Assembly (NCBI RefSeq): GCF_009914755.1
Contig: NC_060926.1
Origin: the human T2T-CHM13v2.0 reference genome, Homo sapiens
DNA length: 64,000 nucleotides
Strand: one strand, 5' to 3'
Under the pieces are notes generated by a model. It was given only the letters and a program-made list of their open reading frames with translations, was not told the DNA's origin and did not search any database. A program made the position numbers and the translations under genes. Positions 15,661 to 29,721 of this stretch are shown here, piece by piece. How positions within the stretch are numbered: the stretch's first letter is position 1; every line of letters starts with the position of its first letter.

Positions 15661-16635
15661 TTTTTTTTTTACTATACTTTAAGTTTTAGGGTACATGTGC
15701 ACATTGTGCAGGTTAGTTACATACGTATACATGTGCCATGCTGGTGTGCTGCACCCACTAACTCGTCATCTAGCATTAGGTATATCTCCCAATGCTATCC
15801 CTCCCCCCTCCCCCCACCCCACAACAGTCCCCAGAGTGTGATGTTCCCCTTCCTGTGTCCATGTGATCTCATTGTTCAATTCCCACCTATGAGTGAGAAT
15901 ATGCAGTGTTTGGTTTTTTGTTCCTGCGATAGTTTACTGAGAATGATGATTTCCAATTTCATCCATGTCCCTACAAAGGACATGAACTCATCCTTTTTTA
16001 TGGCTGCATAGTATTCCATGGTGTATATGTGTCACATTTTCTTAATCCAGTCTATCATTGTTGGACATTTGGGTTGGTTCCAAGTCTTTGCTATTGTGAA
16101 TAATGCCGCAATAAACCTACGTGTGCATGTGTCTTTATAGCAGCATGATTTATAGTCCTTTGGGTATATACCCAGTAATGGGATGGCTGGGTCAAATGGT
16201 ATTTCTAGTTCTAGATCCCTGAGGAATCGCCACACTGACTTCCACAATGGTTGAACTAGTTTACAGTCCCACCAACAGTGTAAAAGCGTTCCTATTTCTC
16301 CACATCCTCTCCAGCACCTGTTGTTTCCTGACTTTTTAATGATTGCCATTCTAACTGGGGTGAGATGGTATCTCATTGTGGTTTTGATTTGCTTTTCTCT
16401 GATGGCCAGTGATGGTGAGCATTTTTTCATGTGTTTTTTGGCTGCATAAATGTCTTCTTTTGAGAAGTGTCTGTTCATATCCTTCGCCCACTTTTTGATG
16501 GGGTTGTTTTTTTCTTGTAAATTTGTTTGAGTTCATTGTAGATTCTGGATATTAGCCCTTTGTCAGATGAGTAGGTTGCGAAAATTTTCTCCCATTTTGT
16601 AGGTTGCCTGTTCACTCTGATGGTAGTTTCTTTTG
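15661..16635 (-). mobile_element. L1PA2-type LINE-1, 5'-truncated (~975 bp)
   Basis: ORF2 C-terminus (ORF 16032-16478, [19 protein letters not shown]). GAG diagnostic in the 3'UTR. TSD tcaagcaggatt(t) at 15649-15660 and 16636-16647. Confidence 0.95.
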
Positions 16636-16725
16636 TCAAGCAGGATTTTTTTATCTAAGCTTCCACAGAATTAAGGATAGAACACTCCCAGACCATCTGT
16701 TAACTCTATCTTCCAAAATTGTGGG

Positions 16726-17039
16726 TTTTTTGTTTTGTTTGTTTGTTTTTGTTTTGCTTTCATGGAGCCTCATTCTCTCACCCAGGCTGAAGTACAGTGG
16801 TGCAATCTCGGCTCACTGCAACCCCTGCCTCCTGGGTTCAAGCAGTTCTCCTGCCTCAGCCTCCCGAGTAGCTGAGATTACAGGTGTGCACCACCATACT
16901 CAGCTAATTTTTGTATTTTTAGTAGAGATGGAGTTTCTCCATGTTGGCCAGGCTGGTGTTGAATTCCTGACCTCAGGTGATCCACCCACTTTGCCTTCTA
17001 AAGTGTTGGGATTACAGGCGTGAGCCATCGCACCTGGCC
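16726..17039 (-). mobile_element. AluS (AluSx-like) with a (TTTG)n tail
   Basis: Full dimer; cctgacctcaggtgatcc. Confidence 0.92.
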
Positions 17040-17065
17040 AGGTTTTTATTTAAAAATTACATTGT

Positions 17066-17365
17066 GCTGGGTGCAGTGGTTCATGCCTGTAAACCCAGCA
17101 CTTTGGGAGGCCGAGACGGGTGCATCGCTTGAGCTCAGCAGTTTGAAACCAGACTGGGCAAAATGGTGATACACTGTCTCTACCTAAAGTACAAAAACTT
17201 AGCCAGGCATGTTGGCACACAACTGTGGTCCCAGCTACTTGGAAAGCTGAGGTGGGATAATGACTTGACCTGGGAGGCAGAGGTTGCAGTGAGCCAAGAT
17301 CATGCCAGGGCACTCCAGCCCAGGTGACAAAGTGAGACTCCATCTCAAAAATTAAATAAAATGAG
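17066..17365 (+). mobile_element. AluJ(b)-like element
   Basis: Full dimer; cgcttgagctcagcagttt. Possible TSD taaaaatta. Confidence 0.9.
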
Positions 17366-17811
17366 AAAAATTAAAAATTATAATAATAATAGCTTTCATG
17401 CTCTATATTTTACTATGGATGTACAACTCAACACTGTACATTTTGATGTCAGTTGTCCTGCTTTTCATTGCTTTATACGTATTTTTTAACTTTCCCTCTT
17501 AGAATCCCTTTCAGTGTAATGGTTACCTGGGTGTATATTTCTTCTATTTCTAATTTTGATAACATTATTTATTTTTAATTTACTTGAATTGATATCAGAA
17601 AATTAAATCTCTATTGACATTAATTTTGATAACATTCCTATTATTCATTTTTAATTTATTTGAATTAGCATCAAAAAGCATAGGCTTTAAATCTGTTTTC
17701 ATTGACATTAAATTTTCTTTATAGCAAAATATGTGATATGATATATGACATTTTTAAGTGTTTTATGGATATACAAAATAAGTCTATTTTCTGTCTGAGG
17801 GATGCAAGATT

Positions 17812-18100
<289 letters not shown>

Positions 18101-18124
18101 AGGATGCAAGATTCTAATCCACAT

Positions 18125-18215
18125 GTTGGCCAGGCATATGGTCTCTGTTGCAGCTACTCACTCTATCATAAGGAAATCAGCCAGAGATAATACATAATGA
18201 ATAGGCATGGCTATA
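18125..18215. mobile_element. MER58-like hAT fragment
   Basis: catatggtctctgttgcagctactca...cagcc.gagataataca...aatgaataggcatggct. Confidence 0.5.
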
Positions 18216-19244
18216 CATTTTCCGTCAGTTTTGCTTCTGAGGATGACCATAACCTCCTCCCTGAAAATAACAGAGTGCTGTAAAGTACAGCTGAGGGAGG
18301 TTAGGGGTAGAGAGACCTTCTTTTTTTCTCAGCAGAGGGCTTAATATTTACTAATATATTAATCCTGTCCCCATAACACAGAAGTAACTGTGTTTTTATA
18401 AAAAAATCAAATTATATCTTCTGCGAATAATAAAATTTAGTTACTTCCTTTGCAATTCTTATAATTGTAGTTTTTTTTTTTTTTTTGCACTCTTCCCTTT
18501 CCTAAGACCTGAAGTGCAATGATTAATAAAGTGGTAAAAGTGGGCTCCTTGTCTTCTTTCTTAATTAAAAAAAAGTTTAAATAATTTCTCATTAAGTATG
18601 ATATGTACTGTGATCTTTTGGTAGATAATAATGTCAGGTTAAGAAAGTATCTTTCTATTTCTAATATGCAAAACTTCCTTATTAGTGGTGAATTTTGACT
18701 TTTTAAAATATAATTTATGTATCTGTTAAGGCTATCATATTTTTTTGTTAAAATGGCCACACATCCTTGATTAAATCAATTCTATCTATCGTGTGTTTTT
18801 CTTCTTATACATGTGTAGATTAAATTTACCAGTAGTTTGTTTAGGATTTTAGCATCTAGGTTCTTGAGAGAGGTTGGGTTGTAATTTTCCTTTCTCATAG
18901 TATCCTGATACAGTTTTCGTGTCAAGATTATACTAGCCCCATGAGTTAATTATGTTGCCTGCTTTTACTATTTTATAAACGTTTACAAAGTTGAAATTAT
19001 ATATTCTTTGAATGTTCGGTAGAAGTCACTGTTAAAATAAATAACCTAGTTTTTGTTCTTTTAGTGAGAAAAAACTAAATTATGAATTCAATGACTTTAG
19101 TGATTCAAAACTATTTTTCTTCTTTTTGAGTGCTTTTAGCAAGTAACTGCTTTTTTTATAAATGTATTTAATTCATCTAAATTTTCAGATATATTTGCAT
19201 AAAGTTATAATATATCCTATTTATTTAGATGAGATTGTTGAAAA

Positions 19245-19460
19245 GCAGTATGGCATAGTTGCTAAGCAGATGTACTCAGGTAACTAGGTTTAATCCATAC
19301 TCCAGTACTTAAAATGCATGTTAGTTTGGCCAAGTTATTTAATGTCTCTGTTCTTTAGATTTTCCAACTATAAAATAAGTATAATAGTAGTAATACATAT
19401 GATGATTGTTATGGGAATTCAATGAGCTAATATTTGAAACTTTTTAGAACAGTATGTGAA
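19245..19460 (+). mobile_element. MIR SINE
   Basis: MIR core ttggccaagttatttaatgtctctg...tataaaataagtataatagtagta...gattgttatgggaattcaatgag. Confidence 0.7.
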
Positions 19461-21019
19461 ACTTAATTGGTGATATGTATGAAAATATAAAATGTATCAA
19501 AAAACTTGCAATATAATATTTCATTTTTTTCTAAATCATGTTTAATATCCAATTTTGTTTATTAGTTTGTACCCATGAGTTAGTTGTTAAATTTTGTGCT
19601 CCTGGCTTAGTTATTCTAATTTTTACTTTATTTTTGTTGGTGGTCATTTATAATTTAATTGCATTGTAGACTGAGAGTATGATCTTTATGATACCAACCA
19701 TAAAGAGGAATCTAGAGCATGCTTTATGGCTTAGCAAACATGATTACTATTTAATAGTTTCTGTGTGGTTGAAAACAATGAATATTGCTCAATTTGGGAT
19801 GTAATGTTCTAAATATGTCCATTCAATCAAGACGGTGAATTGTGTATTTCAAATATATAGCTTATTATATATTCAAATACACATATATACTTATTTTTTA
19901 CTCCTTGTTCTAAAAATTATTGAAAATAATGATAGTGGGCTTGCAAACTCCTTAATGTAGCTCTGCCCATTTTAAAAAATATTTTTGATCTAGTGATTAG
20001 ACCTATCCAAATTTTAGAATCATCATATCTTCCAGGTGAATTGAATATTCCTATCATCATGCAGTGACCTTTACCATAAGTTATGTTTTTTGCCTTAAAT
20101 GTGTCTAATATTAATATAGAGATGTCAGCTTCTAATCTTAGTGTTATTTGTTTAGATGCCTCTTGTAGACAATCTACAGCTGGATTTTGCTTTATTTTTA
20201 TTGTCTTAGCATTTCTGAATTTTAACTGAACCCAATCAATTTGTATTTATGTAAATTACAAATCTTCGGAAGTTTTCTACTGCCTTATTTGTGGTTTCTT
20301 TGTCCTACTTTTTAATATATTTTTATTTATTCTTTATTGCATTCTCTTAGAGTGCTAAATTTAGTTTTTATCTAGTTTTTTTTTTACTGTTTTACAAATT
20401 GCATAACATATGTATATTTCTTTTAGCATTTACCCTAACATTTTTGTTTAAATTTTTATGGATACATAAAATCAGACATATTTCTGGGGTACATATGTAT
20501 TTTGATATAAGCATACAATGTATAGTGATAAGTCTGGTTAATTGGGAGATCTATCAATCACTCAAACATTTGTTATTTCTTTGTGTTGAACGCTGTAAAT
20601 TTACTCTTCTAGTTACGTTGAAGTATATTTAAAATAAAAGTTAAAATTGGATAATTTACTTCTAATCATAACTTTATATCATACTTATTATTGTCCAATA
20701 GTTTAAATTTTGACATTTTAAAGGTTTTATCAGTCAAATTGCTTTCTTATTATTGTTTTATACAGATTTTATTTATATTTGCCCACCTGTTTACCAGCTT
20801 ATTTTGTTCTCCACTCATTCCTTCTTGCATTTAATACTTCTTGGGATTATTGCCATTTGTTCTAAAGTACTGCATTCTTTAGAAAGGTCTTTAGTGAACG
20901 TATTTTGGGAGTAAATTCTCAGATTTTATTTGATAAAATTGTCTTTATCCTTGTATTAGAATGTCATTATGTCCAAGGGTATGAGTAAGTTTCAGGGGAC
21001 AGTTTTTTTTTTTTTCTTA

Positions 21020-21170
<151 letters not shown>

Positions 21171-22188
21171 TTAATTATTTTACTTTTTATTCTATGATGT
21201 AATTATTCCTGTGTAAGTGATTCTTCCGTCCCCCACCTCGGGCTGTTTTTAAGATGTTTTCTTTATTTTTTCTTTAGTATTATTATAAGGAGCAGTTCTG
21301 TACAAGCTTCAGCCATTTCCTCTTTCTATATTGCCTCTCTTCATTTTCGTTATTATCTTCTTCTGAGTATTAGACTACCTTCTTGTCTCATGTCCTTTAA
21401 CAACTTTATTTTCCATTTCTCTCACTGCATTCCTGTTGTTAATTTCTTCAAATATGTTCTCTAGTTCGCTAATTCTCTCTTTAGTTATTTAGTTTTTCTA
21501 TATAGTTTATTATTTCATAAATTAATTGCTTTGTAAAATTGAACTATGGTATATTATATATATAAAATACAATTTCTAAATAGATATTTTTAAATTTGGA
21601 CTTCTTATAGGCTCTTTTTCTATTCTTATCCTTTCAAAACCCTTCTTTATATATTTAAACATATAAAGTCCTCTTATTTGCTATTTTATGTTTGCTAATT
21701 CAAATATTTGAAATCTTTGAGGTCTAATTTTAATATATTGTTTTTGTTTCTGTTAAAAGCCATGGTTTCTTGTTTTTCTTTTTTTATATTTCTGTGGAGA
21801 GTGGGAGGTTGTTACTGTTATATGTGAGCTCAGTTTTGACAGAAATTTATTGTTGGGGATTCAATAATATTTGGATAGGTTGTAATTCTCTAAAGAAAAT
21901 TTACATACGCTGCTGCCAGTTATCTGTAAGAGCTGTGAACACAGATTCATTTTAAATTAAATTCTCATATGTAGTTTTAGGGACAATACAGTTTCTGTGG
22001 ATTTGAAACTCAAGGTCATAGAAAACATAATCTGTGATTACGAATTCTTAGCATATAATTTTATCTTCTCCTCCTCCTTCTCCACCCACAGCCAAAAGCC
22101 AAGACATAATTTCTCTGCTTCCTCTGTGGCATGATTTTTTTTTTTTTGTAGATGACTAATTGAAGATGTAGCTCATTGGGATCCTAAA

Positions 22189-22560
22189 CAGATGGCCCCT
22201 GACTTACTTACAGTGGTTGGACTTATGATTTTTCAACTTTAGGATTGTGTAAAAGCAATAAACATTCAATAGACACTGTATTTTAAGTACCTATACAACC
22301 ATTCCGTTTTTCACTTTCAGTATAAGCAGTCAATAAATTATATAATAAATTCAACACTTTATTATAAAGTAGGCTTTGTGTTAGCTGATTTTGCCCAGCT
22401 GTAAGCTAATGTAAATGTTCAGAACAAATTTAAAGCATGCTAAGCTAAGCTATTATGTTCAGCAGGTTAGGTGTATTAAATGCATTTCCAACTTAACATA
22501 TTTTCAGCTTATGATGGGTTTATTGTGATATGAACCCCACTGTAAGTCAAGAAGCATCTG
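22189..22560 (-). mobile_element. MER47A-like TcMar-Tigger non-autonomous DNA transposon (~370 bp)
   Basis: Terminal inverted repeats cagatggcccctgactta ... taagtcaagaagcatctg, followed by TA. Confidence 0.8.
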
Positions 22561-22822
22561 TATATTTTTAGGAGCTCTTAGTTTTAATTCTCCATCTTTT
22601 GGGGGGGCCCAATGTCTTGTTTTAAATGCTCTGACCAGACACTAAATTCCAGATGTGGCCAATGTCCCTAGGGCAGGTATCAGCTTCAGCATTTGTTTAC
22701 CACTATAGATTTGTGTTCTCACATTTGTCTTACCTTCAGAAAGTTCTCCTATCTCTTTGAAAGTTTAGCTATTTTTAACAGTATGGCTTTAATGCTCTAT
22801 ACTGAATGCTAGGCAAAATTAA

Positions 22823-23190
<368 letters not shown>

Positions 23191-23779
23191 AATGTCAGTT
23201 CCTTTCTCTCTAAAATTGATCCACACCAAAACATGTTAAGTACTGAGGATATATGTGGGAAGTCATAATCAGGTGTACACAAGAGTAAACATAATTACTG
23301 TGTAGCATGATGAGTTTTATAATATAGACATGTTTAGAGTGCTTTGAGAGCACTGGGAAGGGTATTTATTCAGGTACGTATCAAGGAAGGCTTTCAAGAG
23401 TTAACATAAGCTGAACGAGACCTAAAATATGAGAAGTTAAAATACAGCACAGGGTGTTCTAGACAAAAGAAATTGCAAAACCACAGTCCAGAGAAGCATG
23501 AGAAACATGATATATTTAGGGAAGTGCAAAATATTCTGTCTCTGGACCATAGCATAAGTATGAAAGACTAGTCAGAGAAGACACTGGAGAGGTAGATAAG
23601 GACATCAGATCTTACAGTACAGGTCCTTGCTAAGGACTTTGGACTTCACTGTGGAGAGTCCCTGAAAGCCTGTAAACGAGGCAGTGATAACAGAAAATAA
23701 ATACCTACTGGAGGATTACCATTTAGCAAGTTGCTGAGGATGGATACAAACTATGTAATTTTATTTTTCTGATAAATAG

Positions 23780-23837
23780 GACCTCAGGCTCATGCTACAG
23801 ACCCGGGTATATTTTCTTCTCCTGTTTACACAAATAT
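23780..23837 (+). CDS. FSIP2: FSIP2 coding exon (probably exon 14), 58 nt
   Basis: gataaatag|GACCT...AATAT|gtaagt. Reads (G)PQAHATDPGIFSSPVYTN(M). Phase 1 to 2. Confidence 0.85.
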
Positions 23838-26800
23838 GTAAGTACCTAAGGAATTATATATAATCATAACTAATTTTAATGATTACATAAGAGTGCTGCT
23901 CATAAGCAAATGATTCCATGGAATCCTCCATTTTTATAGTTCTACTTGGATTTAGTGAAACTTAGTCTTTTGCAGACTTTCAGCACTAAGCTTAAATTGT
24001 AGACAAAGTGAATCATTGTCCTTTCCTTTCTCCTTCTCCTTATCTATAATCCAGCTATAGTCAGGGTCTCCATGCCACTTTCAAGTGTATCCGCATCATA
24101 GCCTTCTTCCGGTAGCTTCTCATGATCTGGCTTTATTTCTTTGCTTTTCTCTTCTTTGAAACAGCTACCATTTCTTATGTTTTTTGAGATTATTGGCTGT
24201 CTAAGGCTGGTAAAATAGTTTATAGTATAAATGACTTAATCGGTTATTCCCCCACCCCAAAGGCTATTTTGCAGTTTAATAAAAAATAATAATCTCTAGT
24301 AGTGGAAATTATGGCACTTAGAAGAGATAGTTGTTAAGCCCAGGGACTTTTCATTCTTCAAACCTTAGTGACCACCTATTTTGTTGATGTTTATATCTGT
24401 TTTTCTCAACTCAAGAAAAGAAAGAGAGGAAAACATGAATCTAAGTAATGGCAGTGAGCTTTGTATTATTTTACACCCAATGCCATCATCTTTTTTAAAA
24501 ATGAACAAGCCAAATGAAGTCTAGGATAGACTTTACAAACCCCAAATTCCTATGAAGATGATTGAGTAAAATAAGTGGTGCATGATGGCAAATGATATTG
24601 ACATGTTCAGACAAGGCTTCCTGAAATAATAATTTTTACTTTAAGACTGATAAATATCAGTTTGTTTGACTTATTGAGTATTCATATGATACATAACACT
24701 GTAAAAGATGCAGAAGGAAGGAAACTGGCTTGTCTAGTTCAAAGCAATAAAACTTGATGACCGTGTGTAGACCATATGTAAAATAACATTGTTTATTTTA
24801 CTTATTTGATACAAACGTTTTTATTTATTAGAAATATAAATACCTACCTCTTTAAAGAAAAGGTTAGAAGAGGCTCATAATATAGTTGTAATAACTGCAT
24901 TTTTTATCTTCTCCTACCCAAGAATGTAGAACTACAAAAATCACTTGAATCTTTCATAGCAAGCATTTTGGATATTGTTTCATTAAAAATCTTAGCTTGA
25001 TGAAAAATAAAGAACTCTATACCTTACCTGGAGCTTCTTCGCCACTGCTCCAAGAGCATACACACAGATCCAAATAAAGAGCAAAGACACATATGTCACA
25101 TTCCTCTTGCTCAGGTTTAACTGCAGGTTTTACAGGAGTTTGCTGTGGAAGCCTCACATCTATTCCATCATTTCTTTTCTCACTTATTGCTTAGTCTTCT
25201 TGTTCCTGATCATTTGTTTAATGTTACAAAAGATTTATAAAATTGAGAGGAAAATTCAGTACCAAGGGAATGAAAATAAAGTAAATATGACAGCAGTGGG
25301 AGTAAAGTTGCAGCAATTAAGGGTTGCACTCAGGTGATAAGTAACTTTGTATTACAGGGAAGGTATAAGGAGTAACAGTGAAGAAGGCAATAAATCTACT
25401 ACCCTGAAGACTGTGGTTAAAACTTGTAGTTTATTTATTGGGTAATAGTCTGATGGTTTTTAGTGGGGGTGTAATGGTCAAATTAGCATACACAATGAAT
25501 AACTTTGACACCAATATATAGGAAAAATTGAAAGAAAGAAACTCAGAACCAGCTCCCAAAAGCTATTAGTGGCCTGCAAAGGCTTCATTTGGGATTAGAG
25601 AGAAGTAGTCACAGATCCGAAAGACTTTAAATAGGAATTTATTTATCAAACATTTATTGAGAACCTACTATGTTCAAACTATAATGCTAGTTTTTAGGCA
25701 GATACCAAGATAAAACTATGTTGCTATGATTTCAGGGTATTATTTTTCAAGGATATTATGAAGCTGGAGAAAGTGGATGAAAATAAGACAAGTTAAAACA
25801 CCAAAACCCACTGCTATTACCTAGATTCACTGTTTTTCCTAAATAAGTGCTCTCTGGAATGTTGCAAGCCTTTAATTAATTAGAGCCCCAGAAACTATAA
25901 TTCTCATCATTTTTCTTTCGCCAGTTTACTTCTTACTTTTTTGGAGGAATGAATTTCTCAAGATACTTACCCTGCCATTTCTGCTGATGCCATGCTTTAT
26001 CTGGTTAATAAAATTGTTTTCTAATAGTCATCAATGAAGCTTTTTCAGTTTCCTGACTAATTTTACCTGTAGGCCTTTGCACTTTCGTGCTGTTTGTATG
26101 CTTTTGGAGCAAAAAGTCTATTGGGAACTGCTACCAATGAATACATAGAACTCCTTGAGTTAGTTATGTTTTGTGCCAATGATATAACATGAAGAAAACA
26201 GAAAAGTGAATCTGAATGCATTAGGTTGCAGAATATCTAAGAGGAAAACCTGTGGAAACTTGAGTTGACCTAAGAAACCAGATCCTAGAAAAACAAATTA
26301 GGACAAATGATAGAGAACATGTCACTGACATCAGCTTTCATGCTCCTAGTTGAATACTGCCAAAAGGTACAAATCTAAGGGTAGACTATTGTCATGAAGC
26401 CCATTTTATGAACTGAACCCAGTGAAGTTTCTTTTCTTTTCTGCCAAAATACAGGATATAGTTTTCAGTCTGGCTATTTCTCAAAATTGAATTATATCCC
26501 TAGGGGGAAATGTAAATTTGATCATGTAGAGTGCAGGCCTAGAAAGGAGTGCCAATTTTCTTAAGAAAGTAGAAAGAAGAAAAGCAGCAGTACAAATCAG
26601 CAAAAATATACAAAAATAAATCAGACTTCAGTTTTAGATTTTAATATTTATTTATTTTTCTATTATTTTTATGATTGAGCTATTCTTTTTTGCAATTTAG
26701 AAAACTGTGTTTTTATTTCATTAGTGTGTGACGGTAAATCTAACAACACATGATAGAATATTGTCATACACATAAAAGGAATGCATCTAAATTGGTATTA

Positions 26801-27330
26801 AATATAGCTAGAAACTTATGATTTTAACCCATAGTTACTGAATAAGCATTCACATATTTTCTTCCTACTGTGGAATATGGGGAGAGGACAGTGGAACTAT
26901 GGCATTTGAACGAGTAAATAAAGGATTATCAGAAAGTCCTGGTCAGATGCCTTGCTACTCCATCAGGGCTTTTAGCAGTCAGAAGGGACTCATCTGCCCA
27001 CTTCCTGCAAATCCTATATCCATTTTCAGAGAAACACAATGTAGGCATGGCTAAGGTGTGTTGGAAGTATAAGGATCAGAAAGATACACTGTTTATGCAG
27101 CAGCTATAATTCTGTACCCCTGGGTAATAAAGCACATTTCCGAAACTAGAGGCCAGTCTAAGGAGGAAGTGAAATAGGGGGGTTGGAAAAAACAGTGTAT
27201 TCTTCATTTTGAATTTCTAGAGAAAAAATCTTAGATACAACAAAATGATTTCAATAATTAGAAATTTTGGGAAAAGTTTTATAAATTTTTGACTCTATGT
27301 AATAACTAAATGATCAACCTTTCTTTACAG

Positions 27331-27367
27331 GCAACAGAACTTGCTGCAAAATTGCTTGCAAGAAAAA
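27331..27367 (+). CDS. FSIP2: FSIP2 coding exon (probably exon 15), 37 nt
   Basis: cctttctttacag|GCAACAG...GAAAAA|gtatgt. Reads (M)QQNLLQNCLQEK. Phase 2 to 0. Confidence 0.85.
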
Positions 27368-29721
27368 GTATGTATCATAAAATCCACCGAGAAAGCAACA
27401 TATTAGTCATACTTTCTGATGCATCATAATAGAAAACATTTTGTTAACTAAGTAATAGGAATCATCCATTGATATTTGTTAGGCTTCCTTTTTGCCCCTT
27501 TTTCTTCATTGAAGTCTACTTTCAGTTAATTCTTATACTTTTCTGTGGTCCAAAATTGTTATCAAAAGATAATATTGACCCTTCAAGACGAGGTCTCATG
27601 GGTATAGAATGGTGAGATATTAACGGATCTATAACCATCATAGGAAGAGAATCAAATACCACAAGCCTATTATATCATGGGAAGCCATTAATCAATAAGG
27701 CCTTTCAGATCTTGCTGGTGAACTCAGTAGTAAGTGAGTTGAGATGCTTGGATCTGTCTTCAGTAGTTTTGTGAAAAGGGACCTGGTCACCTATGAGCTG
27801 AGACTTGGAACAGGCAAAGATAAGATCGTGTATTTTTATGAGGCCTAACTCTGGATCTAGACCGAAAAGTCAGGAAAGAGAAAGCATTTGAGGAACAACA
27901 CATGCTCTGAGACGCTATTTAACATGGAAACTTGCTCAATTCATAGAATATGCAGCAAATACAAAAGCTTTGACCCAAGGGAATTTTTTTCAGCTTAATG
28001 TTGTAATAGAAAGCAATTAAAAACTAGGATTCTATCTATCATATTTCACTACAAAGAAAACGTTAGAAATATATCCCTCTTTTATATATTGAGGTTGGAA
28101 TCTCTTCGCCGTAACTAACCTAAGAGTAATAATGTAGGTTTTTGTTTATCATCTCCAGTAATAAGAAAAATGACATATTTTGAATGTCTTAGTTTATAAT
28201 TTATATGTGTTGTAGTTGATTTAGAATAATTATCTTCCTATAAACATTTAGGTATGATTCTTAAGTATTTGATTTAGACTGTATTTATTTAAGACATGTA
28301 TTTTACAACATAAGATTGTCATCTCAAAATATGTGTTTAATGCCACTAACCCATTGCTTATACAATAAGTTAAAAATATGTTTGTGTATTTGGGGATTAC
28401 AGCTGAATAAAATGGCCTTTCCTGGGGTGCTCCTCAAATGCTTTCAAGTGAGTCAGAAGAGAGTGTGCTACATATATGTTAACTTTTCTTTGAATGTTTC
28501 TCTGAAATATGGATAATTTCAGACTAATTTAGGCAATATTTTGGGTGTTAGCAGCCTAGTTACAGGAATCATATTTACACTGAGACCTACATATCAGCCT
28601 TCTAAGCTTTTCTGCCAATTACTTGTGTTTACAAGCTCTATGTTTTAAGAATTTTAACAACTTAAAAATAGAGTACTACTTTATTATATGTAAGATGAGT
28701 TTTGTAAGCACAAAATATATTTGCAGTTGCTAAATAGAGGTTTATAGAATTCTACAGATGCATTTATTTCTACCCATGGTCCAGTTCAAATCTATGACAG
28801 CAACATTAGTCACTAAGGAAATGGTTATTCAAATCTGGTTCTTGGCTCCAGCTCAAACAAATTAATAGTCTAACTTTCTTAACCTTGCTCAGCCCTCCCT
28901 ACTCTTTGATTCCCAAATCTAGCTTGGCTTTTATTTTCTATCTAAATTTTAATTTGTTACCTTACTTTAGTATCTGTTCTCAGCTTTCCTATCTAGGACA
29001 ATTTGTATTTATTTGTATTATTTTATTTTATTTTTATTTTATTTGTATTATTTGTATTTATTTGTATTATCGCTTTTATTGGATACAAAGCCCGTCAATC
29101 TATATAAAGCATTAGCTTTTATTTTTGCCTATCAAATAATTCTTAACAATTAACTTTAGTCATTCCTATATATATAGACCACAGGCTCACCCTTTCAGCA
29201 GGGACTGGGAGAGAAAATGCTTTATGTTCCTTCCCCACATCTCAGCTAGGCAGATGTTTCTGAAAGCATCCAAATATTTTGACTGGATCTGTCTTGAGAA
29301 ATGTTTTGTTAGAAATATTTAATGTATCTTTAAAAATTAGCTGGATCATAAACATCACATATTTTCTTTCCAAAATATTTGCATGTTGTGTGCCTAGACA
29401 GCAATTTAGTGATATTTTTAACAAAAAAAAAATCATTTATACTGATAATAAATGCCAGGGGAAAAAGAAACTTCTGAGAGACTGTGAATAAAATAAATCT
29501 TACACAAAAAAACACTTCACTGTAGTGCAGAATAAACTAACTAGAAATTCATCTTAAATTCTAAATTTCTAAACTGATATTTCTTTACTATTTTCTTTCA
29601 TAAACCATAATGGTATTCCACCAATACATTGATATAAAAATTAAATGTTACCTTCTGTCTCCAAAACATAGAGTAAGTTGTTACATGACTTTATTTTCAT
29701 CTCTGCTTACCTCCTTTCCAG